Shown: in pieces, positions 32,505 to 42,414 of the stretch
How positions within the stretch are numbered: the first letter of the stretch is position 1
How the letters are laid out: every line of letters begins with the position of its first letter
DNA from: a virus
Lineage: Duplodnaviria; Caudoviricetes
IMG/VR virus record: IMGVR_UViG_3300026522_000002
Span: 1-64,000 of that record
Strand: one strand, 5' to 3'
Length of the DNA stretch: 64,000 nucleotides
Program-made: the position numbers and the translations under genes
The notes under the pieces: model-generated
Database searches by the model: none
Told to the model about the DNA's origin: nothing
What the model saw: the letters and a program-made list of their open reading frames with translations, nothing else

Positions 32505-32897
32505 TTATAGCGATACTGAATCTGTAATTGTTTCAGGCATAATTATTGTAGGCTTGGATATACGTATGGTGTCTACATCTATCGGAGCCTTACGTTCAAC
32601 TGTGTCTGGAACAAATACTTTCTTCGTTCTCCACTTAGTTTTATACACTGTCTTTGTGGAGCCAACACAGCATATTTCAAGAGGGATTGTATCGCGAACT
32701 GTATCGCGAACAACCGTTAGACCGACATTGTTCGTATGACCTAACAAAAGGTCTTTCGGATACTGCATAATTACCGGTGACGGCATTGTTGCAGCGACTG
32801 CTGTTTTGTTATATAACGCGGCATGTTTTGTTGCAGCGATGGTGAATCCACCAATGGCGAAACAAATACAGCAGATGATAGTTGTAATTTTCTTCAT
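32505..32897 (-). CDS. Secreted/membrane hypothetical protein
   Basis: Signal-peptide-like N-terminus; VRDTVRDT repeats. Confidence 0.7.
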   Translation of the reverse strand: MKKITTIICCICFAIGGFTIAATKHAALYNKTAVAATMPSPVIMQYPKDLLLGHTNNVGLTVVRDTVRDTIPLEICCVGSTKTVYKTKWRTKKVFVPDTVERKAPIDVDTIRISKPTIIMPETITDSVSL

Positions 32898-32971
32898 ATT
32901 GATTATGTTATTCTGTTAGAAGAGTCTTTTTACGCGACAGCAAAAAGCAACTATCCGATCCTTGAGTGTCG

Positions 32972-34375
32972 CTACTCTTTTTTTCCTTCTTCCCCTTCCT
33001 TTGCAACAAGAACCATCTCTGTGAGGTTTGCTTCGTTGTATTCTAGGTTTGGAGTAGTAGGATCACGGAACAGATTCACGATGATACCTGCACGCTGCTG
33101 AACGTTGTGCTTCACGGTAGCTATATCGTTCTTCTCAAGGTCTACGTCGCTATAATACGTTTCGAACACTTTCTGGAAAACGAGTCGTGCTGCACGATTG
33201 TTGCTAGACTTAGCATCAGCATAGTCTATGATGAGAGAATCTACAGTGTCTGTAGATGCGTTGGTAAGCATGTCGATGATATCTTTGCAATGAGCGATAG
33301 AGTTCTTGCAAGATTCAATCTTACCTTCAACATCCTTGATACCTTCTGCGTTCTTCTTAGCGTCCTTCTTCAGAATGGCAAGATTCTTCTCATGCTCAGC
33401 GATGCGGGCATTGTAGTTCTCAATAGAGAGCTCGTTTACCCAAGTGACAATAGCGCGAGTGTAATCAGCCACTTCGCTATCACTAAGTTCGCATTCGCCC
33501 GTCTTGCGGTCCGTAGCGGAACTCTTGAGCATGCAGAACGCAACAATAGGACTCTTAGTAGAGCCTGTGAAGGTCCCCATGGATCTCCCAATACCTGACA
33601 GTACAATGGGACAGTCGTGAATCACATTCTTGATCTCATCGAGGAGTTCAAGATTGCTCTTCTTATTCAGTGCGGCAAGCTCTTCTTCTTTCTTGTCGCT
33701 CTTGTTTGCTTTTGCGCTGAGGTAGGAACGATAGAACTGAATAGCGTTCTTGATCTTTTCCCAACCATTCTTTGCGTCAGCCATGATGAAGTTGATGGCG
33801 TCTTTGAGTTCAGCGTCACTTTCGATCTTTGTAGGGTCGATGTTTGGCTTCTTCTCAAGGATTTCATGCTCCTTCTTAAGCTGCTCTTTTGCCTCTTTTG
33901 AAGGCTTGATAGCTATAGATGGAACCTGAATCGTACCATCTTCGCTTGGTGCAGGGAGTGCCTTCTGGTCGATTGTGATTCCCATATCATGCGCAGCATC
34001 GATGATTGTAGGAAGCATGCTCTGACGAATTGCTCCAGCAAATGCCGATGTTCCAAACATGCCTTCTTGTGCTGCAACGACAACCCAACCGTGAGCGGTA
34101 AATACGTTGACCTTGTCTACAGTTTCCTGTGAAATGCCAAGCTTATCAGCTGCATTAGGCTGCATGAAATGACGATCGAGACCGTTCAACAGATCTACCT
34201 GATGATTTGCATCAAGGCCTGGTCTCGGATTGTTGAGCTGATCTACAAGACCGTCTGCGTCAATTACGTTGACTTTTTTCTTGTTGTTGATTACTTCAGG
34301 CTCAACAACTTTTTCCTCGGCTTTCACCTCTGGAGCTGGGGGTACCTTTGACCCCTTTTTGTTATTCTTTCCCAT
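32972..34375 (-). CDS. Hypothetical protein (467 aa)
   Basis: Long ORF with biased codon usage. Confidence 0.85.
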   Translation of the reverse strand: MGKNNKKGSKVPPAPEVKAEEKVVEPEVINNKKKVNVIDADGLVDQLNNPRPGLDANHQVDLLNGLDRHFMQPNAADKLGISQETVDKVNVFTAHGWVVVAAQEGMFGTSAFAGAIRQSMLPTIIDAAHDMGITIDQKALPAPSEDGTIQVPSIAIKPSKEAKEQLKKEHEILEKKPNIDPTKIESDAELKDAINFIMADAKNGWEKIKNAIQFYRSYLSAKANKSDKKEEELAALNKKSNLELLDEIKNVIHDCPIVLSGIGRSMGTFTGSTKSPIVAFCMLKSSATDRKTGECELSDSEVADYTRAIVTWVNELSIENYNARIAEHEKNLAILKKDAKKNAEGIKDVEGKIESCKNSIAHCKDIIDMLTNASTDTVDSLIIDYADAKSSNNRAARLVFQKVFETYYSDVDLEKNDIATVKHNVQQRAGIIVNLFRDPTTPNLEYNEANLTEMVLVAKEGEEGKKE

Positions 34376-34522
34376 TTTGATAATGTGGTTTTAGAATTGT
34401 TAATACTTGTGTTAGCGATTGTTACTCTCCAATATGTTTCCGTATCTGCGAGTCTCTCATCGCAGGCTTCCACATGCTTATAGCTTATTTTGGTTTGTAA
34501 CAAACATGGTAGAGTCAATGCC

Positions 34523-34885
34523 CTATATTCTAGGGTGATATTCTGGTGGATCTGTTAGAGTCTCTTTATAAGACTCTTTTGGAAGGTTACTTACCTCACT
34601 TGAGCCAGGTGTGGTATCCTGACTCGCAGGGTTTGGCACAAGGCTCTGGGTTGTGGGCGGCACGTCTGCCAAGAAACTGTACGCGTTTGGCGTGCAGCTC
34701 ACCACCTGCGTGGGGCACACCTGAGTGAGGGTTTCGTCCTTCTGATCCACCTTAGTAATTATTGACTCTGCAGCAATACCTACTGTAAAGGAAGTAAATG
34801 CTGCCCAGAAGAGCTTGTGGCTCTTATTGATGCGTGCAATAGCAATTGCGAGCACCAAGCCGATAATTAACCAAAGTAAAATCAT
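34523..34885 (-). CDS. Two-TM membrane protein coupled to the sigma factor gene
   Basis: Two hydrophobic helices; 4-nt overlap with the sigma ORF. Confidence 0.7.
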   Translation of the reverse strand: MILLWLIIGLVLAIAIARINKSHKLFWAAFTSFTVGIAAESIITKVDQKDETLTQVCPTQVVSCTPNAYSFLADVPPTTQSLVPNPASQDTTPGSSEVSNLPKESYKETLTDPPEYHPRI

Positions 34886-35445
34886 AGTTGTTGTTTTAAT
34901 TTGTTTTGTAATCTTTGCCTCGAACGTCTTAAATGCGACTTTACGGTATTTTCAGACATTTTCAGCGTTTTACCAATATCTTTCGATGTCATATTGTCTA
35001 AATAAAACAATCTACATACTGTTCGTGCTTGCTCGGAGAGTGCGTTAAATTCTTCAAGCAATTGTTCATATGTTAACCGATTGACTAGATCAGTTTCATT
35101 TGAACTTGCTGGTACGTTAGAAACTAGTCGGGAATCTAATGTATCAGACACTATTGGTACATGTTTTGTTCTACGTAGATAATCTATCGCAGTGTTATTG
35201 GTTATGATTCGCAGCCAGCCCCCGAAGGAGTCATATGCTGTGAACTTTTCAAGTTTGTCGTACACTTTCAGAAACACAATGTTTGCAATATCGTTGGCTT
35301 CATCTTTATCTTTGATGTAACCGTACAATATTTTACTTACAAATGATTTGTATTTCTTATATATACGATTGAAAGCAATAATATTGCCTTCTTGTGCAGC
35401 TTTGATAACCTTAATTTCTTCTGGAGTAATTTTTGGGGTTTTCAT
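34882..35445 (-). CDS. ECF-type sigma-70 factor
   Basis: Region 2 (EANDIANIVFLKV...FGGWLRIITNNTAIDYLRR) and region 4 HTH (SKDIGKTLKMSENTVKSHLRRSR). Confidence 0.92.
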   Translation of the reverse strand: MKTPKITPEEIKVIKAAQEGNIIAFNRIYKKYKSFVSKILYGYIKDKDEANDIANIVFLKVYDKLEKFTAYDSFGGWLRIITNNTAIDYLRRTKHVPIVSDTLDSRLVSNVPASSNETDLVNRLTYEQLLEEFNALSEQARTVCRLFYLDNMTSKDIGKTLKMSENTVKSHLRRSRQRLQNKLKQQL

Positions 35446-35508
35446 AGGCTACTTTGGTTTTTTGATAGTTATAAGCGTGTCACTCGCGGAGTAGATATCA
35501 GCTACTTG

Positions 35509-35592
35509 TACCGAAGATGGGATTCGAACCCACACGGGCGCAATGCCCAAGGGATTTTAAGTCCCTAATGTCTACCGTTCCATCACTTCGGT
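35509..35592 (-). tRNA. tRNA-Leu(TAA)
   Basis: Cloverleaf with a long variable arm; AGGGA-CTTAAAA-TCCCT. Confidence 0.93.
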
Positions 35593-35597
35593 ATCGT

Positions 35598-36053
35598 CTA
35601 GAAAGGCAATGTTTCTATTCTATCTTCATAAAATGGAATATGATTTGAGTGCCATAAATCTAGACAGTTTGTTACTATGTTGTCAAAATAAAACAGACTA
35701 AGTTCTTTTGATATTATCCCACTATTTTCAATCTTATTCAACATGCCAATAGCGATACGAACTTTTATTCGTGTCGTTGTTAAACTCATCGTTGGAATTT
35801 CATATATTATATTTTTTGATATCCAATCTGCAAGATCGTGTAGTTCTTTAATGTGATATATATTGAACCAAGTATCATGTTGTTTGGCAATATAGTCTAA
35901 AGTTGTAATAGAATGACAATATAATACCTGATGAATGGTATAATTTGCATTTTCCTTTAAATAAGATAATGCTTCTGTCAAATCATTACACGTAGATACG
36001 CCCGCTTCATGTTTGAAGCGTTCAAAGATAATTTGGGAAAATAAACTTATCAT
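35598..36053 (-). CDS. Hypothetical protein
   Basis: ORF in the early operon. Confidence 0.65.
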   Translation of the reverse strand: MISLFSQIIFERFKHEAGVSTCNDLTEALSYLKENANYTIHQVLYCHSITTLDYIAKQHDTWFNIYHIKELHDLADWISKNIIYEIPTMSLTTTRIKVRIAIGMLNKIENSGIISKELSLFYFDNIVTNCLDLWHSNHIPFYEDRIETLPF

Positions 36054-36486
36054 AATGTTGATACAATTTTTCTCGCCAATCTGGAGTTAAATCTTTGAAT
36101 AACTTAGAACAGATGTATTCTTTTGTTTGTTCATCGGTTTTGTTCTCCAGTTTTTTGGTTTTCCATGTTTCTACCACTGTGATGGTATTCTGTTCAAACC
36201 AGTTGACCCACTTTTTTACAGAACTCCAATATTCGGCTTCTTCTTTGTCAAGGTTGTACCAATCAATGGTATCATCAAAGTTAAAACCTCGAGAATATTT
36301 TGCTAATCCCATAAGGCTTCGTACTTGACAATTTCGAGCTTCTTTCTCAACAAGAAACCAAACAAAGTGATAGTATACATGTTCAACCCATTTATTTTTA
36401 GCTTTACACCATTTCAGAGCCGCGTCTACTGTTTGTGGTACACGGTCTCTTATCATAGCTTTGTAGCCTCCTTGTGCTGTTTTCAT
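36022..36486 (-). CDS. Hypothetical protein
   Basis: Likely start MKTAQ overlapping the upstream stop. Confidence 0.65.
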   Translation of the reverse strand: MKTAQGGYKAMIRDRVPQTVDAALKWCKAKNKWVEHVYYHFVWFLVEKEARNCQVRSLMGLAKYSRGFNFDDTIDWYNLDKEEAEYWSSVKKWVNWFEQNTITVVETWKTKKLENKTDEQTKEYICSKLFKDLTPDWREKLYQHYDKFIFPNYL

Positions 36487-36683
36487 TTTACTAACACTGG
36501 ATAATTTGTCATACCAAACGTTTCCACACACGATTTGTGGCAGCCGTTTCTGCCTAATATACATGAAACGCCATTTGCTTTTTTACAATTTATACATGCA
36601 AATAGTGCACTATGTGTTTTTTTACATCGATATACATGTTTGCCAACTGTACATAATTGTCCAGGTTTTAGCTGTTTTGCCAT
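36483..36683 (-). CDS. Small Cys-rich KPGQL-family protein
   Basis: MAKQLKPGQLCTVGKHVYR...CINC; paralogues elsewhere in the window. Confidence 0.7.
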   Translation of the reverse strand: MAKQLKPGQLCTVGKHVYRCKKTHSALFACINCKKANGVSCILGRNGCHKSCVETFGMTNYPVLVK

Positions 36684-36696
36684 ACACAATTGATTT

Positions 36697-36756
36697 GCGG
36701 AGATCGAGGATTCGAACCTCTACACTCCTTGTTAATAATAACGTTAATAATCTCCG
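36697..36756 (-). ncRNA. Minimal tRNA-like element downstream of the tmRNA coding piece
   Basis: Acceptor CGGAGAT/ATCTCCG; T-arm GAGG-TTCGAAT-CCTC; short AT-rich interior. Confidence 0.62.
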
Positions 36757-36759
36757 TCC

Positions 36760-37030
36760 TCACTTTCGTAGTTAGCACGTGACCACATCAGGCTGCCAGC
36801 TTGGTGTAGTCAGCAATATAAGAATTGCCAGTTATATAGTAATATCCCTTAATGTATTTCCTTCCACATACGATCAAAACCTGTCAGGCCCGATTGTAAC
36901 CTTTTTCGCTCATGTCGCCGCCAAACTTAGCATTTACCGAATATCGCTATGGTTACATAAAAAGTCGCGTCGGGTGGACCTGGGGGTAGTCGAAACCCCG
37001 TCTCGCATGCGTATCTCATACAGGATAAAA
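36760..37030 (-). ncRNA. ssrA: Circularly permuted (two-piece) tmRNA
   Basis: Acceptor piece ...CGCATGCGA-GAC-GGGGT-TTCGACT-ACCCC-CAGGTCC-A (ends 36975) comes before the coding piece GGGCCTG-ACAGGTTTTGA-TCGTATGTG (starts 36891). G3.U70 present. Tag ORF 36829-36788 follows ATAACT: GNSYIADYTKLAA-TGA. Outer ends are approximate. Confidence 0.92.
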
Positions 37031-37526
37031 CTTCGATAGAAACATAATTGATCAGATTATGCTCTAAACAGCTCATAAATGGCTCTCTAAGCCACGATCT
37101 CCTTTAGGGTAGTTAGCTACTCCATCCTATTGGAAAAAGTGTCTCAGAGAGCGGTTTTGAAAAGCTATTATTCTTGTTGATACAGAGGCCACAGGCAGAC
37201 TTAAAGTTCGGCAATGGTATGCATCCGCATTTTTTGATAAGAATATGAGTACTTCGTACGCAAGGCTAACTTGATGACTAATACTGGCTCCAGGCTCACA
37301 TATTCTGGTTAATTGATCAAAATGGACCTATAGTTTTACATCCGTAGGTTCAGATGCTATATACCCCTATTACTGGCTTAAAGCTCTCAATAGATGTCGT
37401 TATTTCGACTATAGTTTCCGCTCATACATCTTACACGTCCGACTCAAACGGCCCCCGATGTAACTATTGCAGTAAGGATTACTGGTTCAAGACTCTCAAT
37501 CCTCGGTATAGTTTCCTTACGCTAAA

Positions 37527-38144
37527 TCAATAGCGCCAAGAATAATCATAGTAGTCCCCGAACTCGGCATCGAGGTTCTTGCGGTCTGTAGCGTACACTT
37601 TGTCGGCTTCAGACATCTTCTTCTTTGTCTCTTCGCCGATCTTCTTCTTCAACTCGTCATATGCGACATAGTTGATGATTGGAGGAACGGTTTCACCGTC
37701 CTTGAAGGTCTTCTTCTTACCGTCCATCAGTACGATTTCAACGGTCTTCTTGTCGAAGTCGATCGTCTCTTTCTCGAAGAGAGTGTCCTTCAGTTTGCTT
37801 GCATGACGGAACTTGACGTCATTACAGTCAAACACAAAGCCCATCAGATAACGAGCTAAGCGGTCGCGCTGTGTCAATTCGTCATGCTGAATGTCGTGTA
37901 CATCTCGCTCGTGGCGGAGCTTGATCAGGCCGGAGATAACTTGATAACGCGCTTCCTGATAACGACGTTTCATTTCACGCTGGGTATTCTCGTTTTTCTC
38001 CTTGTTGATTTCTGCGAGTACGGCTTCACTCATTTCTTGTGAGCCGATAGTACCTTTACCGAGTTTCTCGCGAATGTTGTCTACAGTGATCTCCGTAGTT
38101 ACTGATGTCTCAGCACCTTTTTTGTTTTTGTCTTCCTTTGCCAT
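37527..38144 (-). CDS. Hypothetical protein
   Basis: 205-aa ORF. Confidence 0.8.
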   Translation of the reverse strand: MAKEDKNKKGAETSVTTEITVDNIREKLGKGTIGSQEMSEAVLAEINKEKNENTQREMKRRYQEARYQVISGLIKLRHERDVHDIQHDELTQRDRLARYLMGFVFDCNDVKFRHASKLKDTLFEKETIDFDKKTVEIVLMDGKKKTFKDGETVPPIINYVAYDELKKKIGEETKKKMSEADKVYATDRKNLDAEFGDYYDYSWRY

Positions 38145-38189
38145 TTTTGATAATTGGTTTTAAAGGATTAATATTATGGTTAATTAACT

Positions 38190-38432
38190 CTATACGACTA
38201 TTACGTTTTTCAATGACCATTCTTTTGGGAATTTCCATTGATTTACGCATAGCCATATTATCGCTTTACGTGCTGTTTGTGCAGCTTCTTTTGAGGGATA
38301 ATACTTTGTGGTTATCAATTCTCCTCGATTTCCATTCTTATCTCTCTTATAAAGCTTTACTGGAAACATGTCGTCATACATAGTCTTCGTAACATTTGTG
38401 TTTATACTTGTCCTTTTTGTAAGGGCGTGCAT
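38190..38432 (-). CDS. Hypothetical protein
   Basis: ORF; start uncertain. Confidence 0.5.
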   Translation of the reverse strand: MHALTKRTSINTNVTKTMYDDMFPVKLYKRDKNGNRGELITTKYYPSKEAAQTARKAIIWLCVNQWKFPKEWSLKNVIVV

Positions 38433-38488
38433 TTTTGTGTTGAGGCTTAGAATAGCTTTGTGCCTCGAATTTCTTTGTTTTACACATA

Positions 38489-38932
38489 TTACACAAGATT
38501 ATTTTCGTACAACGACTTTAACATCACGTATACTGTTCGCTTTAGGCCAAACTTACCACCAAACAGGTGTTCTTGGTCAGGATATGTACAAATCAATGTG
38601 ACTGCGTTTGCCCACCATTGTGGATCATCGCCGTCCATTCCTCGTAGTTTTCGAAGAATGTTTACAATGAATGCACGTTCTTCCCCACACTGTTTGTATA
38701 CTTCCATGATTGGCGCAATAGCCTTTCTCAGAGCATTGTCGATAGTTGACACCTCTGGATGTAACAGTAGCGCAACATCGTCCGCATGTGGTGTTTCAGA
38801 CCAACTCCATTGGTGAACAACAATGTTGTCGTTCGAGATTGCTTCGCTGGTAGCTATTTCGGTTACGATGCGAGCCAACAAGTCATGAGAAATTTCATCA
38901 TGACCTGGGAGGATGAATGTCACCTGTCTCAT
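38489..38932 (-). CDS. Hypothetical protein
   Basis: Coupled ORF. Confidence 0.7.
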   Translation of the reverse strand: MRQVTFILPGHDEISHDLLARIVTEIATSEAISNDNIVVHQWSWSETPHADDVALLLHPEVSTIDNALRKAIAPIMEVYKQCGEERAFIVNILRKLRGMDGDDPQWWANAVTLICTYPDQEHLFGGKFGLKRTVYVMLKSLYENNLV

Positions 38933-39381
38933 AGCGCTTCAAATGGTATTATTTTGGCTGAATCGGTGGAATCGGGGACACTTTGTTGCATAGACGGCAA
39001 AGGCGTCTCAGGGAGAGCACTATAGATGCGTTTATTTGCACGATATTCGTATACAATGTCGGAAATGCCGTATGTCTTTTGTTGCTTCCCGAGCACCGTA
39101 CAGATATTTGCAATAGTTTGGTCTGGTAGTGTCAATAGAATAGAATCGAATTCCAACTGCCTTCGTCGCTCTTGCTGGTATGCAATAACGTCTGTTGGAC
39201 TGTCGAACTCGTACATCTTTTGTAACGCAATAGGCAGATATTCGTCTACCTGTTGTTTAAAAACACTGTCTGGCGGAGCGATCTCCTCTTTGATTCTTTC
39301 ACAGGACGTTGTTGTAGCTATTCCTGCAATAAGAAGTCCACCAATTAAGGCGAACATCAAATACTTAATAAACTTTTTCAT
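38929..39381 (-). CDS. Putative lipoprotein
   Basis: MKKF-hydrophobic stretch-TTSC, a Bacteroidota-type lipobox. Confidence 0.72.
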   Translation of the reverse strand: MKKFIKYLMFALIGGLLIAGIATTTSCERIKEEIAPPDSVFKQQVDEYLPIALQKMYEFDSPTDVIAYQQERRRQLEFDSILLTLPDQTIANICTVLGKQQKTYGISDIVYEYRANKRIYSALPETPLPSMQQSVPDSTDSAKIIPFEAL

Positions 39382-39506
39382 TGATTGATAGTTTTTAAGT
39401 TGATAATAATGTTAATTAACTCATGTCTGTCTTTCCAGACTGTCAAACGCTTGTCCCTAATGTGAGAATCGAACTCACTTTAACCATTAAAGGGTGCGAG
39501 AGTGAG

Positions 39507-39749
39507 CTATTGCTCACCCTCGTTTTGTAAGATTTTACATAGTTCCTCATATTGTTGTGGCGAGAGGAACCATGCTCGTAAGTCTTCGGGTACCATACTA
39601 TGTTGTACTCCGATAAACACTCGATGTTGACACCATCCGCATACCCAAGAACCATTGATATAATTATCGTCTGGTCCCATTACGGTCATTTTATTGTCGA
39701 AGGTAATTCGAACAAATTCGACAAAACTGATATTATGAATTGTTTTCAT
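39507..39749 (-). CDS. Hypothetical protein (CxxC)
   Basis: Coupled ORF. Confidence 0.6.
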   Translation of the reverse strand: MKTIHNISFVEFVRITFDNKMTVMGPDDNYINGSWVCGWCQHRVFIGVQHSMVPEDLRAWFLSPQQYEELCKILQNEGEQ

Positions 39750-39949
39750 ACTTTAACAAAGATTAGACCGTCTATATCACAATTCAGTGGATTTTTATTT
39801 TCCACATTCTGAAATGATATATTCGGGCACGAGAATGGATTGTTTAGAGCACATCCTGTGCAACTCATAAAGTTTTCAGGTGTTCTCTTCTTAGCACGAT
39901 ATAAAACCTTGTTAATCGTGCACAATTGACCAGGTTTTAAACGTTTCAT
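39746..39949 (-). CDS. Small Cys-rich KPGQL-family protein
   Basis: MKRLKPGQLCTINKVLYR...CTGC. Confidence 0.7.
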   Translation of the reverse strand: MKRLKPGQLCTINKVLYRAKKRTPENFMSCTGCALNNPFSCPNISFQNVENKNPLNCDIDGLIFVKV

Positions 39950-40206
39950 GCTCTTGTTTGAAGAAATCTTCCTTCGATTTTACTGTTGTGTCTTTTGATG
40001 TAGCTCTCAATATACATCGCAAGAGAATCTGCAGCCAATGCTGTCATGCCTTTACACAATAGCATTGTATTCTCCCCAGATTTGAAGAACAGACGTACTT
40101 TTTGTTGGCAATCATACTTCAATCTTGGTTTACGATGCAGTTGATTCTGGTAGAAAGATACTGGCTTACTCATAGTCTTGCAGTTCATCAAATGCTTCGA
40201 TTGCAC
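39946..40206 (-). CDS. Hypothetical protein
   Basis: Coupled ORF; start may be MSKPV. Confidence 0.55.
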   Translation of the reverse strand: MQSKHLMNCKTMSKPVSFYQNQLHRKPRLKYDCQQKVRLFFKSGENTMLLCKGMTALAADSLAMYIESYIKRHNSKIEGRFLQTRA

Positions 40207-40816
40207 GTTCTTTTGTTACTTCCAATTCATTTTCCAAAGATACTACTTTACATACCGTGTATATAAAGGTGCGGAGCAGTTTCTCAAATTTATCAAGATC
40301 CTTCTTCCTTGTACCAGTTGGGAAGGTTTTGGTGATTACAAGCATTGTAACCTTGTTACCTTCATGCATAACAAGTGCCTCAGTTACATTGAACTTTGCA
40401 TCGTGTAGACCTGCAAGTACTCTTGTAGCTTGTCCGTGGTTGAAAAGTATTTTGCACTGCCATCCAATTGACTCTTCATCAATGCTATGAATGCTGACAC
40501 CTAGCTCGTCATCTGTTATTTCTTGCAGCTTTCGCCTTTTTTCTGGTCCACAGACGTCGACAATGGTATAACTTACATCATATGGCCTTGCTATTGCTTT
40601 GATCTGTTCTTCTGTTTTTTCTGAATCAATGACTACAGAGCGTTTTACGTGGGAGCCATTATTCTCCTTTGGAGGATTTTGTTCATCTATCAGATCTACT
40701 GTCTCTTTTAAGCAGAGGTTGGTCATTTCCTTTACAACTTTTGCTAAATGTAGTTTGTTGGAGGATTGTAATTTAACTTTCATTTGTTTGTAATTTTGAT
40801 AATTATCTACTTGCAC
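40166..40816 (-). CDS. Hypothetical protein; N-terminus resembles the ribosomal L7/L12 C-terminal motif
   Basis: KLHLAKVVKEMTNLCLKETVDLID resembles K(I/L)xxIKxVRxxTGLGLKEAKDLV; weak. Confidence 0.55.
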   Translation of the reverse strand: MQVDNYQNYKQMKVKLQSSNKLHLAKVVKEMTNLCLKETVDLIDEQNPPKENNGSHVKRSVVIDSEKTEEQIKAIARPYDVSYTIVDVCGPEKRRKLQEITDDELGVSIHSIDEESIGWQCKILFNHGQATRVLAGLHDAKFNVTEALVMHEGNKVTMLVITKTFPTGTRKKDLDKFEKLLRTFIYTVCKVVSLENELEVTKERAIEAFDELQDYE

Positions 40817-40844
40817 AGGACTTTGCCACCTATGCTTGGTTTGC

Positions 40845-41084
40845 TTATTTTACGCGTTTTGGATAATTGAGTGGACCACATATTGTAAGACAATCGAATT
40901 TCTCACGTCCGCTTCGTTCTGAATCTGCGATACATTTTGTTCGATTGTGTTTGATGTATTGTGCATTTGCTTTTTTGCAATCATCACACGTCCATCCATT
41001 TTTCCCAATAGAAGTTACAATGTATTTTTGGTTACGATACTTAAACTCTGCTCCAACTGGAAGTTCTTCTTTAATCATTTTCAT
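40845..41084 (-). CDS. Small Cys-rich protein
   Basis: LPVGAEFKY...CDDC...C...CG..YP; resembles the KPGQL family. Confidence 0.62.
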   Translation of the reverse strand: MKMIKEELPVGAEFKYRNQKYIVTSIGKNGWTCDDCKKANAQYIKHNRTKCIADSERSGREKFDCLTICGPLNYPKRVK

Positions 41085-41150
41085 GTTTGTTTAAATGATA
41101 AAATAATAACCATAACGCGAAAAACACTATTCCAAGAAATATTTCATCTT

Positions 41151-42386
41151 TCATAGGCTTTCTCTTGCTTTGATGTACTCATCGTACGCAGGTCCAGGAT
41201 CATATGCATCAATCCAATTAAAGTTGGATTCAAGAGAGTCAAGCAACGTTTCTGATGCTTGGTAGTACTGTTGGTATTTGTGTAGTTCCTTTTTGGTAAT
41301 ACACGTTACTACAATCATTACAGCTGTAATTGAACACAGCATTGAGACGATAAAGATCATTCCGCCAATTGCATGGAACAATCCTTTAATTTGGAAGATT
41401 AAGTCAGACTTTTTCATATCTCGTTCGCTTTTACAAAAGACATTACTTTCTCCCATTCATTGTCTCTTGCAATGTGGATAGTTTCGCCATCAACCAAGTC
41501 AATTTCTGTGTTTTCTTCGTCTACATCCACAATTGTTTCCAGATTTACAATGTATTCTTCTATTTCATTGTAATCATTTTCATGATGAACTTTTAAGAAT
41601 GTTGCCATAATACTACTTGATTTGTTGTTCTACAAGTTGTTCTGGAATTGGAATAAACACAGGACTGTCCTTGAATTTAAGGTTTTTGTACCAACTTGAT
41701 GGTAATGCCATCATTTCACAGGTCGCATTACATCTAAGTTCACCTAATTGTGTATTATAATCTTTACACTTTTTAGGCTTTGATGTGTAGGCATATAGGT
41801 GACCATTTTCGTCTCTGGCTATCCAGACACCTTTTTTAAATCCTCCCATATTGATTATGTTTTAGAGGTTAATTATTTTCATGAGACTTCACCGCTCATG
41901 ATCGGTATACATTTGCGTAAAACAAATATGCCATTATTAAGTTGTCTATTGCATATACCCATGAAGGCATCTGTTCTTTTGTAATAAAAGCTCCAATTGC
42001 AAAAGCGACATTGATAATTATGGCAAGAGTCGTAAACATTTTAATGATTTCTTTTGTCATATTTGATAGATTTTTTTGAATTCTAACCATCGTTTTTCTG
42101 GGTCTCTTTCCAATATTCTTTGAAATGTATAATTGTAATCTTCATATACTGTTTCATACGAATCATACTTCCAAAAAATAAGTTTATTTGCGAGGTATTC
42201 TACTGAAACTCCAGTCTTCCACATTCTATGGATAGTACACGCCTTTGACAATGATTTGTCGTTTATTAAATTGTAGGCAATTATTTTTTGAGGAGTCAGT
42301 TTATACCTTTTTAAGACTTTTGTACGATTTAAGAATTCAATTAAACCATCTCGTAATTGACAATAATGGTTGTATGTAATTGTCAT
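41151..42386 (-). other. Cluster of five small early ORFs (41151-41456, 41414-41608, 41613-41849, 41896-42090, 42057-42386)
   Basis: Tightly packed co-directional ORFs; two carry the CATAATCAATATG leader. Confidence 0.65.
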
Positions 42387-42414
42387 ATTGATTATGATTT
42401 GATTACTTGTTTTG

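Noticed and set aside
32905-32990. Programmed -1 frameshift at GGAAAAAAAG before the TAG of ORF 32972-34375
   Set aside because: The alternative frame adds only ~25 codons and no clear stimulatory structure is visible.
37436-37457. GGGGCCG as the 5' end of a conventional one-piece tmRNA
   Set aside because: It has two mismatches with CAGGTCC. The downstream GGGCCTG pairs fully and is followed by the tag ORF.
37280-37500. CRISPR array
   Set aside because: Only three degenerate repeats, long unequal spacers, and no cas genes in the window.
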